A stretch of DNA of 64,000 nt from an uncultured Bacilli bacterium (GTDB lineage Bacteria; Bacillota_I; Bacilli_A; RF39; UBA660), in NCBI GenBank assembly GCA_947629255.1, contig CANRDF010000002.1:44-64043 (forward strand), read 5' to 3'. Positions 1 through 8,401 of this stretch are shown one piece after another; position 1 is the first letter of the stretch, and each line of letters opens with the position of its first letter. The position numbers were made by a program, and so were the translations under genes. The notes under the pieces are model-generated. The model was not told where the DNA came from and made no database searches. It saw only the letters and a list, made by a program, of their open reading frames with translations.

Positions 1-1
1 C

Positions 2-289
2 CTATTCGTTAATATTTTTAATGTTGTTATTATTATAAGTCATCCCTTTGGCTTTTGCAACTTCTTGAATTTTATCTAAAGAAGCAAGTTCATCGACCTG
101 CATGGATAAAGATTCATTAATACCTTCTTGTTCACTAATTTTACTACGCATTTGTTCTAGAGTAATATTTGTTTCTGATAACACTGCTTTGGTAAAGACA
201 ATAGAAACCGGAAATAAAAACAAAGCAATTCCAATTAAAACAAATAGCATTTTTTCTCCTCTTAAATAACGGTAATATCTTTTTTTCAT
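2..289 (-). CDS. ftsL: FtsL-like cell division protein
   Basis: 95 aa. Its start overlaps the rsmH stop (ATGA at 286-289). One N-terminal TM helix (LFVLIGIALFLFPVSIVF) is followed by a coiled-coil-like region. It sits in the canonical slot after mraZ-rsmH. Confidence 0.6.
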   Translation of the reverse strand: MKKRYYRYLRGEKMLFVLIGIALFLFPVSIVFTKAVLSETNITLEQMRSKISEQEGINESLSMQVDELASLDKIQEVAKAKGMTYNNNNIKNINE

Positions 290-1215
290 GAATTCTCTAT
301 CCTTTCTATGATTCTTAATTTCGCACTTTTACTTCGACTATTCATCTTTATTTCTTCTTCACTTGGAAGAATTGGCTTTTTACTCACTAATTTTACTTTT
401 GGTAAGTATTCTTTTGGAATTTCTGGTAATCCTTTTACCATAGGGTTTATTTCACTGTACTCCCTAAAGACTTTTTTGACAATTCGATCTTCTAAAGAAT
501 GAAAAGTAACTACGACCAGTCTTCCCCCAGGGTTTAGTAAGTCTATCGCATCAGGTAATACGCTTTCTAAATCTTTTAATTCTTCGTTTACTTCGATTCG
601 TATGGCTTGAAAGATATTTCTTTCTGGATGATTTTTAAAGAAATAGTTTGCTCCAACAGCGTCCCTTATGATATCCACAAGTTCTAAGGTTGTTTTGATT
701 GGTTTTTCTTTTCTTGCATTCACAATTTTACTTGCGATAAATGCACTTTTTTGTTCTTCTCCATACGTATAAAAGATTCGTTTTAAATCTTCTAGAGAGT
801 ACGTATTTACAACGTCATAAGCGGTTTTCGTATCACGCTTATCCATTCGCATATCCAAGTTCTCTTCTCTCATAAAAGAAAACCCACGTTCCTCATCTAG
901 CTGTGGAGAGGAAACCCCCAAATCAAATAATATGCCATCCACTTTTGTTACTCCAACACTTTCTAAGCACTTTTTCATATTGGAATATCTTGTTGAAAAA
1001 ATTTCAAAGTTATTTCCAATCTCACTTAAAACTTCTTTTGAGTAACAAACTGCTGTTTCATCACGATCGAAGGCGAATAATTTTCCCCTTTTTATTCTTT
1101 TTAATATTTCACTGGCATCCCCGGCATATCCAAGTGTAGCATCGACATAGATTCCATCACTTTTGATATTTAATCCTTCTATGGATTCTTTTTTTAACAC
1201 TGTATAATGCTTCAT
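286..1215 (-). CDS. rsmH: 16S rRNA (cytosine1402-N4)-methyltransferase RsmH/MraW
   Basis: 309 aa with MraW-family motifs DATLGYAGD and VVTFHSLEDRIVK. 4-nt overlap with mraZ upstream. Confidence 0.9.
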   Translation of the reverse strand: MKHYTVLKKESIEGLNIKSDGIYVDATLGYAGDASEILKRIKRGKLFAFDRDETAVCYSKEVLSEIGNNFEIFSTRYSNMKKCLESVGVTKVDGILFDLGVSSPQLDEERGFSFMREENLDMRMDKRDTKTAYDVVNTYSLEDLKRIFYTYGEEQKSAFIASKIVNARKEKPIKTTLELVDIIRDAVGANYFFKNHPERNIFQAIRIEVNEELKDLESVLPDAIDLLNPGGRLVVVTFHSLEDRIVKKVFREYSEINPMVKGLPEIPKEYLPKVKLVSKKPILPSEEEIKMNSRSKSAKLRIIERIENS

Positions 1216-1646
1216 TCATTCACTTCCATAAATAGATTCTCGGCGATATCACTAAGTTGTTCTTCGTTCGTGGTTAAGAATTTTTCCCACTCATCCTTAT
1301 CCCATATTTCAATTCGATCATTCGCGCCGATTACAACGCATTCTTTCGTTAAACCGGCGTGATGAACGAGTGGGGAGGTAATACAAGTTCTTCCTTGACG
1401 GTCAAACTCGCAAACAGTAGCACCAGAGAAGAAACTTCTTATAAAAGTTCTAGCATCTTTTTTGGTAAAAGGTAGAGTATTTAATTTTTCCACAAGATTT
1501 TGCCAATCTTTCATAGAATAGATGTATAAGCATTTCTCGAGACCTTTTGCAATAATGAATTCTTCTTGCAAAACTTCACGAAACTTTGTTGGGATAACAA
1601 TACGTCCCTTTTCATCAATGTTATGATGGTATTCACCCATGAACAT
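1212..1646 (-). CDS. mraZ: transcriptional regulator MraZ
   Basis: 144 aa with two SpoVT/AbrB-like halves (DEKGRIVIP and DRQGRTCI). First gene of the mraZ-rsmH-ftsL unit. Confidence 0.9.
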   Translation of the reverse strand: MFMGEYHHNIDEKGRIVIPTKFREVLQEEFIIAKGLEKCLYIYSMKDWQNLVEKLNTLPFTKKDARTFIRSFFSGATVCEFDRQGRTCITSPLVHHAGLTKECVVIGANDRIEIWDKDEWEKFLTTNEEQLSDIAENLFMEVNE

Positions 1647-1656
1647 ATTTTATCCC

Positions 1657-1691
1657 CCACTTTCTTCCACATTTCACCACTGTTCTACCAC
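1657..1691 (-). promoter_or_regulatory. array of four direct GTGG boxes (MraZ-operator-like) just upstream of mraZ
   Basis: The minus strand reads AGTGGTagaacAGTGGTgaaatGTGGAagaaAGTGGGGG. CCAC occurs on the plus strand at 1657, 1667, 1677 and 1688, giving 10/10/11-nt spacing. MraZ is known to bind phased GTGG(G) repeats in its own promoter. Confidence 0.5.
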
Positions 1692-1742
1692 TATATTACT
1701 AAAAGTCACAAAAAAAGTAAAGAGAAAAGATTTTAAAAATTA

Positions 1743-1772
1743 CAAAAAAAATCAACTTTACATAAAAGTTGA
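1743..1772 (-). terminator. rho-independent terminator (bidirectional hairpin)
   Basis: 8-bp stem TCAACTTT/AAAGTTGA (1752-1759 / 1765-1772) with a 5-nt loop, followed on the minus strand by TTTTTTTTG. It separates the surface-protein/TR region from mraZ. Confidence 0.6.
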
Positions 1773-1976
1773 CATTTTTATTGATCAAAAATTTTTTCAT
1801 TTTTCCTCCAACATCATAAATAGTGCTGTTATCATTTGAAATATTTGTATAGGAAGTTTACGTATAAACTTCCATCTGCATAGTGAATTTGGGCTATATC
1901 CTGGATAAATAATGTCCCTTATCCCTCTCAAATTATAGCCTTAACCATAAAATCCACGTATTATAAGGGGCTACAG

Positions 1977-2070
1977 AAGGGCAGGCCAAACACCGTTGGA
2001 GTTGTTAGCATTGTTGTTGCTCAAATACCCGTTCGAATTCACATTGAACGCATTGTTAGAGTTAGACATA
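1977..2070 (-). repeat. DGR template-repeat (TR)-like non-coding copy of the surface-protein 3' end
   Basis: AAY-rich: 12 AAY codons in 24 when read in the VR frame. It aligns codon-for-codon with 2240-2335, with differences concentrated on its adenines, and shares the GC-rich 3' block CCTGCCCTT. Confidence 0.55.
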
Positions 2071-2164
2071 TTTAATTTACCCCCTTTAATTATCACCAAT
2101 CTTGAGTTTGTTGATAACTCACCTGGAAGCCGGGACGAACATCCGCCCGTCCAACGGCTCATGA

Positions 2165-4900
2165 CTACCCCGCCGTCAATTGAAACGGTAAACTTGAAGT
2201 TCCCGTACCGCCCGAGATGCTCACAGAGAATGACAGATAAAGGGCAGGCAACACACCGTAGGAGTAGTAAGTGCCGTAGCGGTAGTTGACAAACCCGCTC
2301 GAAAGAACAGCGAACACAGAGTTGGAGTAAGGCGAATACGGCGATAACGTCCACATCCAACCACTTCCTGGTTTTAACCAATCATTCGAAGCACATTGTG
2401 TCTGATAATCTTCACTATTCCAGTTATATAACGCTTTTGCAAAACAACCATCTCTTCCTGTTTCTCCTCCACTTGTTGCATATCCATAATCACTTGGATA
2501 TGGGAGTGCGATACTTTTGAATAAACCAGAATCAGGTACTTTTGTACTTGTAGTTTCTGCAGATGATCTTCCTGTGTTACTTGCTTGCCATTCTGTTACT
2601 CTTGCAAAAGGTAAACCTTTAGTATAAGCAGAAGTTCCTCTTTCTCTTTCATAAAACATACTTACTGTTACATCATTATAAGTACTACTGCCTCCTAGAT
2701 TCCATATAATATCTTTATCTATCATATCTCTTGCTGATTCTTCCAATCCTTTAGTTCCTGTATCTGTTCCATCAAATTGACACGTTGTTTGTGAAGAAAT
2801 AGAACCATTGCTTCCTTTATAACAAGATACATCTGAAGAAGAGTTATAATATCCATCATTTAACATTTCCATTAATTGACTATCCGTCCAATCATTACTT
2901 CCAGTATCACTTGTAGAACTTCCTATTCCATCATCTTTATAATCCCAACTAAAGTCTTTTTCATTTGCTTTAATAGGATCAGCTCTTATTATTTTTATTC
3001 TTTGTTGAATTCCACTTGTTGTTTTCACATTTACTAAACCGATAATCCTCCATAATTCATTATTGAATCTTACATAATTATCTGGATTTACTCCTGCATA
3101 TCTTAATTCTGTTACTTGCCATTTTGCATCCATCGTTGTTTGGTCTGTATGTGGAACTTCATATAAACCATTTCCAGTAGTCACTATTTCCACATCTTTT
3201 ATTACATCAGTTGCTAAACCACTTATATATATTGTTTGACTAACTTCATTTACATTTCCAACAACATCTTTCACTCTTAATGTTACTTTATGTGTTTTTC
3301 CATATTTAGGGACAATAAATTCATGACTATTATCTCCACTTGTCCATTCTTCACTGTCATCTAATTTATATTCATAAGAAGCAATATTTGACTCACTATC
3401 TGTACTTCCACTTGCATCTGCTGTTATTGTTTTACCATTTACACTTAATTTAAGATTTGCTACTGGTGAATTGTTATCTACCCAGTTTATGCTTATTGAA
3501 TCATGACTTACATTATTATAAGCATCTTTCGCATAAATGTAATAAGTTCCATTTTCTGTTACGGTATAATCTATACTATGACTCTTTGGATTATTTTCAA
3601 TTGTTTCCCAAGATTCTGGATTTTTTTCTTCTTTCATTACTTGATATCCAAAAAGTCCTGCTTTTTCATCACTTAGTTTTATATGAATCGTGTCACTGGC
3701 TCCCCATGTAATTAATTCATTTGAAAGTTCAATTGTTGGTGGATCTTTATCTATAATTTCTGTACTATATTTCATGGAACTGGTATGTCCCATTGCATCT
3801 TGAGCAAAAATATAATAAACTCCATTATCTTCTATTGTTTTGGTAATTACTTGTTCTTCTTTGGTATTTTCTATTTCTGTCCAACTTTCTGGAGGTTCTG
3901 GTGTACTTTCTGAAAGTAATGCGATTGGTGTTAAGTCTTCTTTAATAACTTGGTATTTTACTAATCCACTTTGGGAATCTTTTAATGTTATTTTTAATTC
4001 TACTGATTGATAATTATTTGTTTCTGTATAACTAATATCTGGTCCTGTGGTATCAATCTTTGTCACTTCAAATTCTTGTTCTTTTTCATTTCCTACTTCA
4101 TCTTTTACTGTAAAGTAATAGGTTCCTGCTTTGGTAAATGTTTCTGTCACTGTAAATGTTTTATCTTTTTTACTAATTGGTTTCCAATTTTGGGTTTCTT
4201 GTCTTTCACTAATTTTGTATTCTGTTAAATCATATTTATCACTTGTTGCTGTAAGTGTAATACTTTCACTTTCTTCGTTATATATATCTGTATTAGATTT
4301 GGCAAGAACATTTACATCATTTTTTAATTGTTCATTTGATTTGTAAGTTGCTGTTACTGTAATCTTACTTTTAAAATAAGCATTCATCACATCATCGATT
4401 GCTGGTGTAGTTTCTTCTAACCATAATCTTAAATGATATGTGACACTTTTATGTTCTCCATCTAATATTCCTGTCGTTAGTCTATGGGAAGCAGTTGCAT
4501 TTTCTATCGTTTGAGTTACACTTTCATAGCTATTCAATAATGTAGGAGTTCTATCATCTAGTTGTACTTTTATATATTGTTCGGGTAAAGGTTTTTGCCC
4601 TTCCTCTAAACTTAATGTTTCTAGATTTACTTGATAAGTTAAAGAAGTTGTACATACATTGGTAATTGTAAATTCATAAGGAGTTAATTCGTGTCCTTCT
4701 TCATCACTAATAGGATAAGCTTTTGGTAATGAAATTGGATTTTTTTCATCTGTTAAAGTCACTTGAAAACAACTAGATGCTAATCTATCTTCATCTGTTT
4801 GAAATGCTCGAAATTGCCAAAATGCATAAGAGATTCCTACAACACTTAAAACTAAAATACAAACCCCTATAATTATTAAACTTTTTTTCTTTCTTTCCAT
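2165..4900 (-). CDS. large surface protein with N-terminal signal/anchor, tandem Ig-like repeats and a variable lectin-like C-terminal domain
   Basis: 911 aa. N-terminal TM segment (LIIIGVCILVLSVVGISYAFW, reminiscent of SipW/TasA-type signals). About 4 tandem ~95-aa repeats (..GTYYFTVKDEVGN.., ..GVYYIFAQDAMGH.., ..GTYYIYAKDAYNN.., ..KVTLRVKDVVGN..). C-terminus reads WMWTLSP...GVLPALYL. Confidence 0.85.
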   Translation of the reverse strand: MERKKKSLIIIGVCILVLSVVGISYAFWQFRAFQTDEDRLASSCFQVTLTDEKNPISLPKAYPISDEEGHELTPYEFTITNVCTTSLTYQVNLETLSLEEGQKPLPEQYIKVQLDDRTPTLLNSYESVTQTIENATASHRLTTGILDGEHKSVTYHLRLWLEETTPAIDDVMNAYFKSKITVTATYKSNEQLKNDVNVLAKSNTDIYNEESESITLTATSDKYDLTEYKISERQETQNWKPISKKDKTFTVTETFTKAGTYYFTVKDEVGNEKEQEFEVTKIDTTGPDISYTETNNYQSVELKITLKDSQSGLVKYQVIKEDLTPIALLSESTPEPPESWTEIENTKEEQVITKTIEDNGVYYIFAQDAMGHTSSMKYSTEIIDKDPPTIELSNELITWGASDTIHIKLSDEKAGLFGYQVMKEEKNPESWETIENNPKSHSIDYTVTENGTYYIYAKDAYNNVSHDSISINWVDNNSPVANLKLSVNGKTITADASGSTDSESNIASYEYKLDDSEEWTSGDNSHEFIVPKYGKTHKVTLRVKDVVGNVNEVSQTIYISGLATDVIKDVEIVTTGNGLYEVPHTDQTTMDAKWQVTELRYAGVNPDNYVRFNNELWRIIGLVNVKTTSGIQQRIKIIRADPIKANEKDFSWDYKDDGIGSSTSDTGSNDWTDSQLMEMLNDGYYNSSSDVSCYKGSNGSISSQTTCQFDGTDTGTKGLEESARDMIDKDIIWNLGGSSTYNDVTVSMFYERERGTSAYTKGLPFARVTEWQASNTGRSSAETTSTKVPDSGLFKSIALPYPSDYGYATSGGETGRDGCFAKALYNWNSEDYQTQCASNDWLKPGSGWMWTLSPYSPYSNSVFAVLSSGFVNYRYGTYYSYGVLPALYLSFSVSISGGTGTSSLPFQLTAG
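2240..2335 (-). repeat. DGR variable-region (VR)-like segment inside the 911-aa ORF
   Basis: Encodes YSNSVFAVLSSGFVNYRYGTYYSYGVLPAL and pairs with the TR-like copy at 1977-2070. Part of a locally GC-rich patch. Confidence 0.55.
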
Positions 4901-4905
4901 AATAA

Positions 4906-4932
4906 AAGACCTACTTTCTATCCTATAGGTCT
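4906..4932 (-). terminator. hairpin plus T-run between rpe and the surface-protein ATG (possible rpe-operon terminator or 5' leader structure)
   Basis: 7-bp stem AGACCTA/TAGGTCT (4926-4932 pairs with 4906-4912) followed on the minus strand by TTTTATT and then the ATG at 4900. Confidence 0.35.
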
Positions 4933-4964
4933 ATTCTATCATACCCCCCCCCCCAGTTTGTCAA
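4933..4964 (-). promoter_or_regulatory. sigma70-type promoter with a G11 homopolymer in the spacer
   Basis: The minus strand reads TTGACA (4964-4959) AACT G11 (4954-4944) TATGAT (4943-4938), overlapping TAGAAT (4938-4933). It lies 38 nt upstream of the ATG. Confidence 0.5.
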
Positions 4965-5031
4965 GGGGTATTTTGCATATTTTACATTTTGTGGTTTATT
5001 ATTTTGTGAAAATTATTTATAGTCTAAGAAT

Positions 5032-5649
5032 TTATCTTAATTTCCCTATTTGGCTTTCAAAATCTTCTTGCATACAAACGAATGAGCCACTTACCACTCG
5101 ATCGGCATAAGGACGAACCAAAAAAACCGTTTGATCGTTAATTCCTCCATCTATTGAAATTTCAAAATTTTTTTTTAATTTATCAATCTCTTGTAATTTA
5201 GGAATTACACTTTCCATAAATTCCTGTCCACCTTTTCCAGGATGAACCGTCATAACTAAAACAACATCAATATTACTTAAAAAAGGAAGAATCTTTTCAA
5301 TCGATGTTTCAGGATTAATAGATAAACCTACTGGAATGGAATAAGATTTGATAAGAGATATAAACTCATTTACATTCGGTATTTCTACAGGAATCGTGAT
5401 ACAACACGGGTTTAGGCTAGTTAAATATTCAATCTCTTCTTTTGGATTCTCTATCATTAAATGAATATCAATGGGCTTTGTAACATCTTGTAAATCTTTC
5501 ATGATTTCTTGAATCTCATAATTTCTTTCTCCACAAAAAATGCCATCAATCAAATCGACATGGATATAATCTGCCGAAGATTCATTAATTTTTTGAATCG
5601 TTTCTTTTTTTCCATATATACTTTTTAAATAAGACACCGCTACTTTCAT
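5032..5649 (-). CDS. rpe: ribulose-phosphate 3-epimerase
   Basis: 205 aa with motifs HVDLIDG, IDIHLMIENP, HPGKGGQEF and IDGGIN. Conserved position after rsgA, as in other Firmicutes. Confidence 0.8.
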   Translation of the reverse strand: MKVAVSYLKSIYGKKETIQKINESSADYIHVDLIDGIFCGERNYEIQEIMKDLQDVTKPIDIHLMIENPKEEIEYLTSLNPCCITIPVEIPNVNEFISLIKSYSIPVGLSINPETSIEKILPFLSNIDVVLVMTVHPGKGGQEFMESVIPKLQEIDKLKKNFEISIDGGINDQTVFLVRPYADRVVSGSFVCMQEDFESQIGKLR

Positions 5650-5811
5650 TTTTCTTCTCTCCCATCTTATTTTTTAAATATTCATCTATTTCTTTTTGAA
5701 TTTCTTTTTCAAATTCCTCATCAATCCTAATTTCTTCATCAGATAATTCTTCTAGTTCTCTATCGTCAAATAAATCTTTCCATTTTTTCATCATTTTCTC
5801 TAAAAATTTTT

Positions 5812-6648
5812 TTATTTTTTTCTTTCCAATACTATTTTTTGATAATTTTCATATCGAGATGGTAGAATATTTCCGTCCTCTACTGCCTGTTTTACTCCAC
5901 AACCAATTTCTTTTTGATGACTACAATCTCGAAATTTACAAGGATACTCATTAAATTCTACAAAACTTGTTTTGATTTCTTCTAAAGAATATTTATCAAA
6001 GCTTAAGCTGGAAAAACCTGGTGTATCACAAAAATAAATCTCTTGAATTTCATAAATTTCTGTATGTCTTGTTGTATGCTTTCCACGATTTAAAGCTTCT
6101 GATATTGCCTTTGTTTCGATATTTAAATTCTCATCCATACGATTTAAAAGAGTACTTTTTCCTGCTCCACTTTGACCTGTTAAAACCACAAAAGAATGTT
6201 TGAGATAAGAAATTAATGGTTTTAAATGTTCATTATCAAATACAGGAATGCCAATTGATTCATAGTATTTTTTAAGTATTTGATATTCTTTTAAAATTTG
6301 TTTACTTGCTAAATCTAATTTGGTAAAACAAATGACTGGTGTAACATTCGAAAGAAGAATACTTATAATTTCTTTATCTAATAAAAGTGTGCTTAAATTG
6401 GGTTCTACTAAAGAAGTCACTATAAGAGCTACATCAACGTTTACGACACTTGGTCTTAGAAGTTCATTTTTTCTTGGAAGAATCTCGACAATTGAAGAAT
6501 TTTTCTCATCAATTCTTACTCGATCTCCAACAAAAGGAGTTATTTTTTGTTTTCGAAATAACCCCCTTGGAGTACAGACATACTTTGTTTGATTACAAAG
6601 TACTGTATAAGAATTGCTTATATTTTTAACAATAATCCCTTCTAACAT
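5812..6648 (-). CDS. rsgA: ribosome small-subunit-dependent GTPase A
   Basis: 278 aa. Circularly permuted GTPase motifs (TKLDL, GQSGAGKSTLLN, DTPGF) and a C-terminal zinc knuckle (CKFRDCSHQKEIGCGV). Confidence 0.9.
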   Translation of the reverse strand: MLEGIIVKNISNSYTVLCNQTKYVCTPRGLFRKQKITPFVGDRVRIDEKNSSIVEILPRKNELLRPSVVNVDVALIVTSLVEPNLSTLLLDKEIISILLSNVTPVICFTKLDLASKQILKEYQILKKYYESIGIPVFDNEHLKPLISYLKHSFVVLTGQSGAGKSTLLNRMDENLNIETKAISEALNRGKHTTRHTEIYEIQEIYFCDTPGFSSLSFDKYSLEEIKTSFVEFNEYPCKFRDCSHQKEIGCGVKQAVEDGNILPSRYENYQKIVLERKK

Positions 6649-8399
6649 AAGCCATCACATGTCTCTTCATCCGTAGAGTCACCCTTTATAGCTACAGTAA
6701 TGGTAATACTTGTTCCACTTACAATTTGAGTTCCCTCTGCTCTACTTTGACCAATGACAAGCCCTGGTGTTTTATTGCTTACTTGTTCTATTTTATTAAT
6801 TGTAACATTATATTTTTCCAAATAGTCTACAACATTTTCAAATGTATAATTTCCATTGGCAAAGTTCGGATATTTGTCTACATTTGGAATATAAAGGAAT
6901 ACATAATCTCCTTTGGAAACTTTTTCTCCAGGTTTTGGATTTTGGTCTATGATGGTGTTTTCTTCTATATCTTTTTCTTTTGTATCTTTTGTTTCTTTCT
7001 GGATATTCACCCCTTTAGCTTCCAATTGTCCTTTAATTTCATAAAAATTTTTCCCTGTAAAGTCATCTAATGTAATCTTGGTATCTCCTTCACTAATCCA
7101 TAAGGTAATTTCTGTTCCTGTTGTTCGGATTGTATAAGCAAGAGGTGCAGTCTTCGCGACTTTTCCATATGGCACACTTTCAGATGCAATATGCTCTTGC
7201 TCTGTTGCTACTGTAAATCCAGCATCTTGTAAGGCTTTAATAGCATCTTCCACTGTGTAACCTGTTACATCTGGAATGGAAATTTTTTGTGTTTTTGTTA
7301 AATAAGGAATTAAAACAAATCCCACAGTAATTATTACTACTAAAATCGTAAGGATACTTGCAAGAGCAATTAATAATTTGCTATTTGATTTTTTTAAATC
7401 TTTTTTCGTAATTTGTTTTGAAAGAATTTCACTTTCCTCTTCTTTTACTTCTTTTTTAGCCATTTTCTTATCTACACTTTCTTTTTTCTCTTCTGTTACT
7501 ACTTTTTTAGGTGTTTTTTTGATTTCTTCTAGTGTTTCTGGATAAGGCAAGACGATTTTTGGTTCGTTTTTACGTTCATCATCTAAGCATGTGAGTAAAT
7601 CGTTATGCATTTCTCTTGCATCAGTATAACGATTCTTTGGATTTTTAGCTGTTGCTTTAATAATGATATTTTCAATACTTTGCGGAATGTTTGGAAGTTC
7701 GTCGCGAATACTTGGAAGTGGTTCTTTTAAGTGTTTAAGCGCAATCTCTACGGCATTGTCTCCTTTGTAAGGTAAAGAACCTGTTAAAAGTTCATACATG
7801 ACAATTCCCATGGAATAAATATCACTTTGTAAAGTAGAACCTTTCCCGTTTGCTTGCTCTGGTGGAATATAGTGGACACTTCCCATGACCGAATTTGTTT
7901 GTGTTAATTGAGTACTATTCATGGCCATTGCAATTCCAAAATCCATGATTTTTACTAAACCATTTTCGAGTATCATAATGTTTTGAGGTTTAATATCGCG
8001 GTGGATGATATAGGAGTCATGAGCCACACTCATTCCATCCGTAATTTGTAACATGATATCAATCACTTCGCTGATGGTAAGTTTTCCACGTTTTTTAAGT
8101 AAATTCTTTAAATGTTTTCCTTCTACATATTCCATCACAATGTAGTACTGACCATTATCCTCTCCAACGTCATAGACTTCCACGATATTGGGATGTGTTA
8201 AACTACTCGCGGATAAAGCTTCTCTTTGAAAACGTCTTACAAATTTTTCATCGTTTGCAAGGTCTCCTCTTAATACTTTTACTGCTACATTTCGATCTAA
8301 TATGGTATCATAAGCCAAGTATACATTGGCCATCCCGCCTTCGCCAATTGATTTTATTATTTGGTAACGGTCACTAATTTTTTGCCCCTTCATTATCAT
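6642..8399 (-). CDS. prkC: Ser/Thr protein kinase with PASTA domains (PrkC/PknB type)
   Basis: 585 aa. Hanks kinase motifs (GEGGMANVY, HRDIKPQN, DFGIA), a central TM helix and three PASTA-like repeats. Confidence 0.9.
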   Translation of the reverse strand: MIMKGQKISDRYQIIKSIGEGGMANVYLAYDTILDRNVAVKVLRGDLANDEKFVRRFQREALSASSLTHPNIVEVYDVGEDNGQYYIVMEYVEGKHLKNLLKKRGKLTISEVIDIMLQITDGMSVAHDSYIIHRDIKPQNIMILENGLVKIMDFGIAMAMNSTQLTQTNSVMGSVHYIPPEQANGKGSTLQSDIYSMGIVMYELLTGSLPYKGDNAVEIALKHLKEPLPSIRDELPNIPQSIENIIIKATAKNPKNRYTDAREMHNDLLTCLDDERKNEPKIVLPYPETLEEIKKTPKKVVTEEKKESVDKKMAKKEVKEEESEILSKQITKKDLKKSNSKLLIALASILTILVVIITVGFVLIPYLTKTQKISIPDVTGYTVEDAIKALQDAGFTVATEQEHIASESVPYGKVAKTAPLAYTIRTTGTEITLWISEGDTKITLDDFTGKNFYEIKGQLEAKGVNIQKETKDTKEKDIEENTIIDQNPKPGEKVSKGDYVFLYIPNVDKYPNFANGNYTFENVVDYLEKYNVTINKIEQVSNKTPGLVIGQSRAEGTQIVSGTSITITVAIKGDSTDEETCDGLC

Positions 8400-8401
8400 A
8401 A

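Noticed and set aside
1699-1800. 33-aa minus-strand ORF (MKKFLINKNVNFYVKLIFF..) with a strong GGAGGAAAA SD downstream of the TR-like repeat.
   Set aside because: It runs straight through the 1743-1772 terminator hairpin and is low complexity. It may be the relic 5' end of a deleted gene (an RT or Avd?), but there is no evidence for that.
1971-2381. ORF-track 136-aa minus-strand ORF and the 97-aa plus-strand ORF (1996-2289) covering the GC-rich patch.
   Set aside because: They are read-throughs of the VR/TR-like repeats and spacer. The 136-aa ORF runs in the wrong frame over the end of the 911-aa gene. There is no RBS and no protein-like composition apart from the Asn-rich TR translation.
5585-5794. 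69-aa acidic ORF between rsgA and rpe.
   Set aside because: It overlaps the well-supported rpe start by 65 nt and no family is recognised. It might be a real small protein ending earlier, but I cannot support that.
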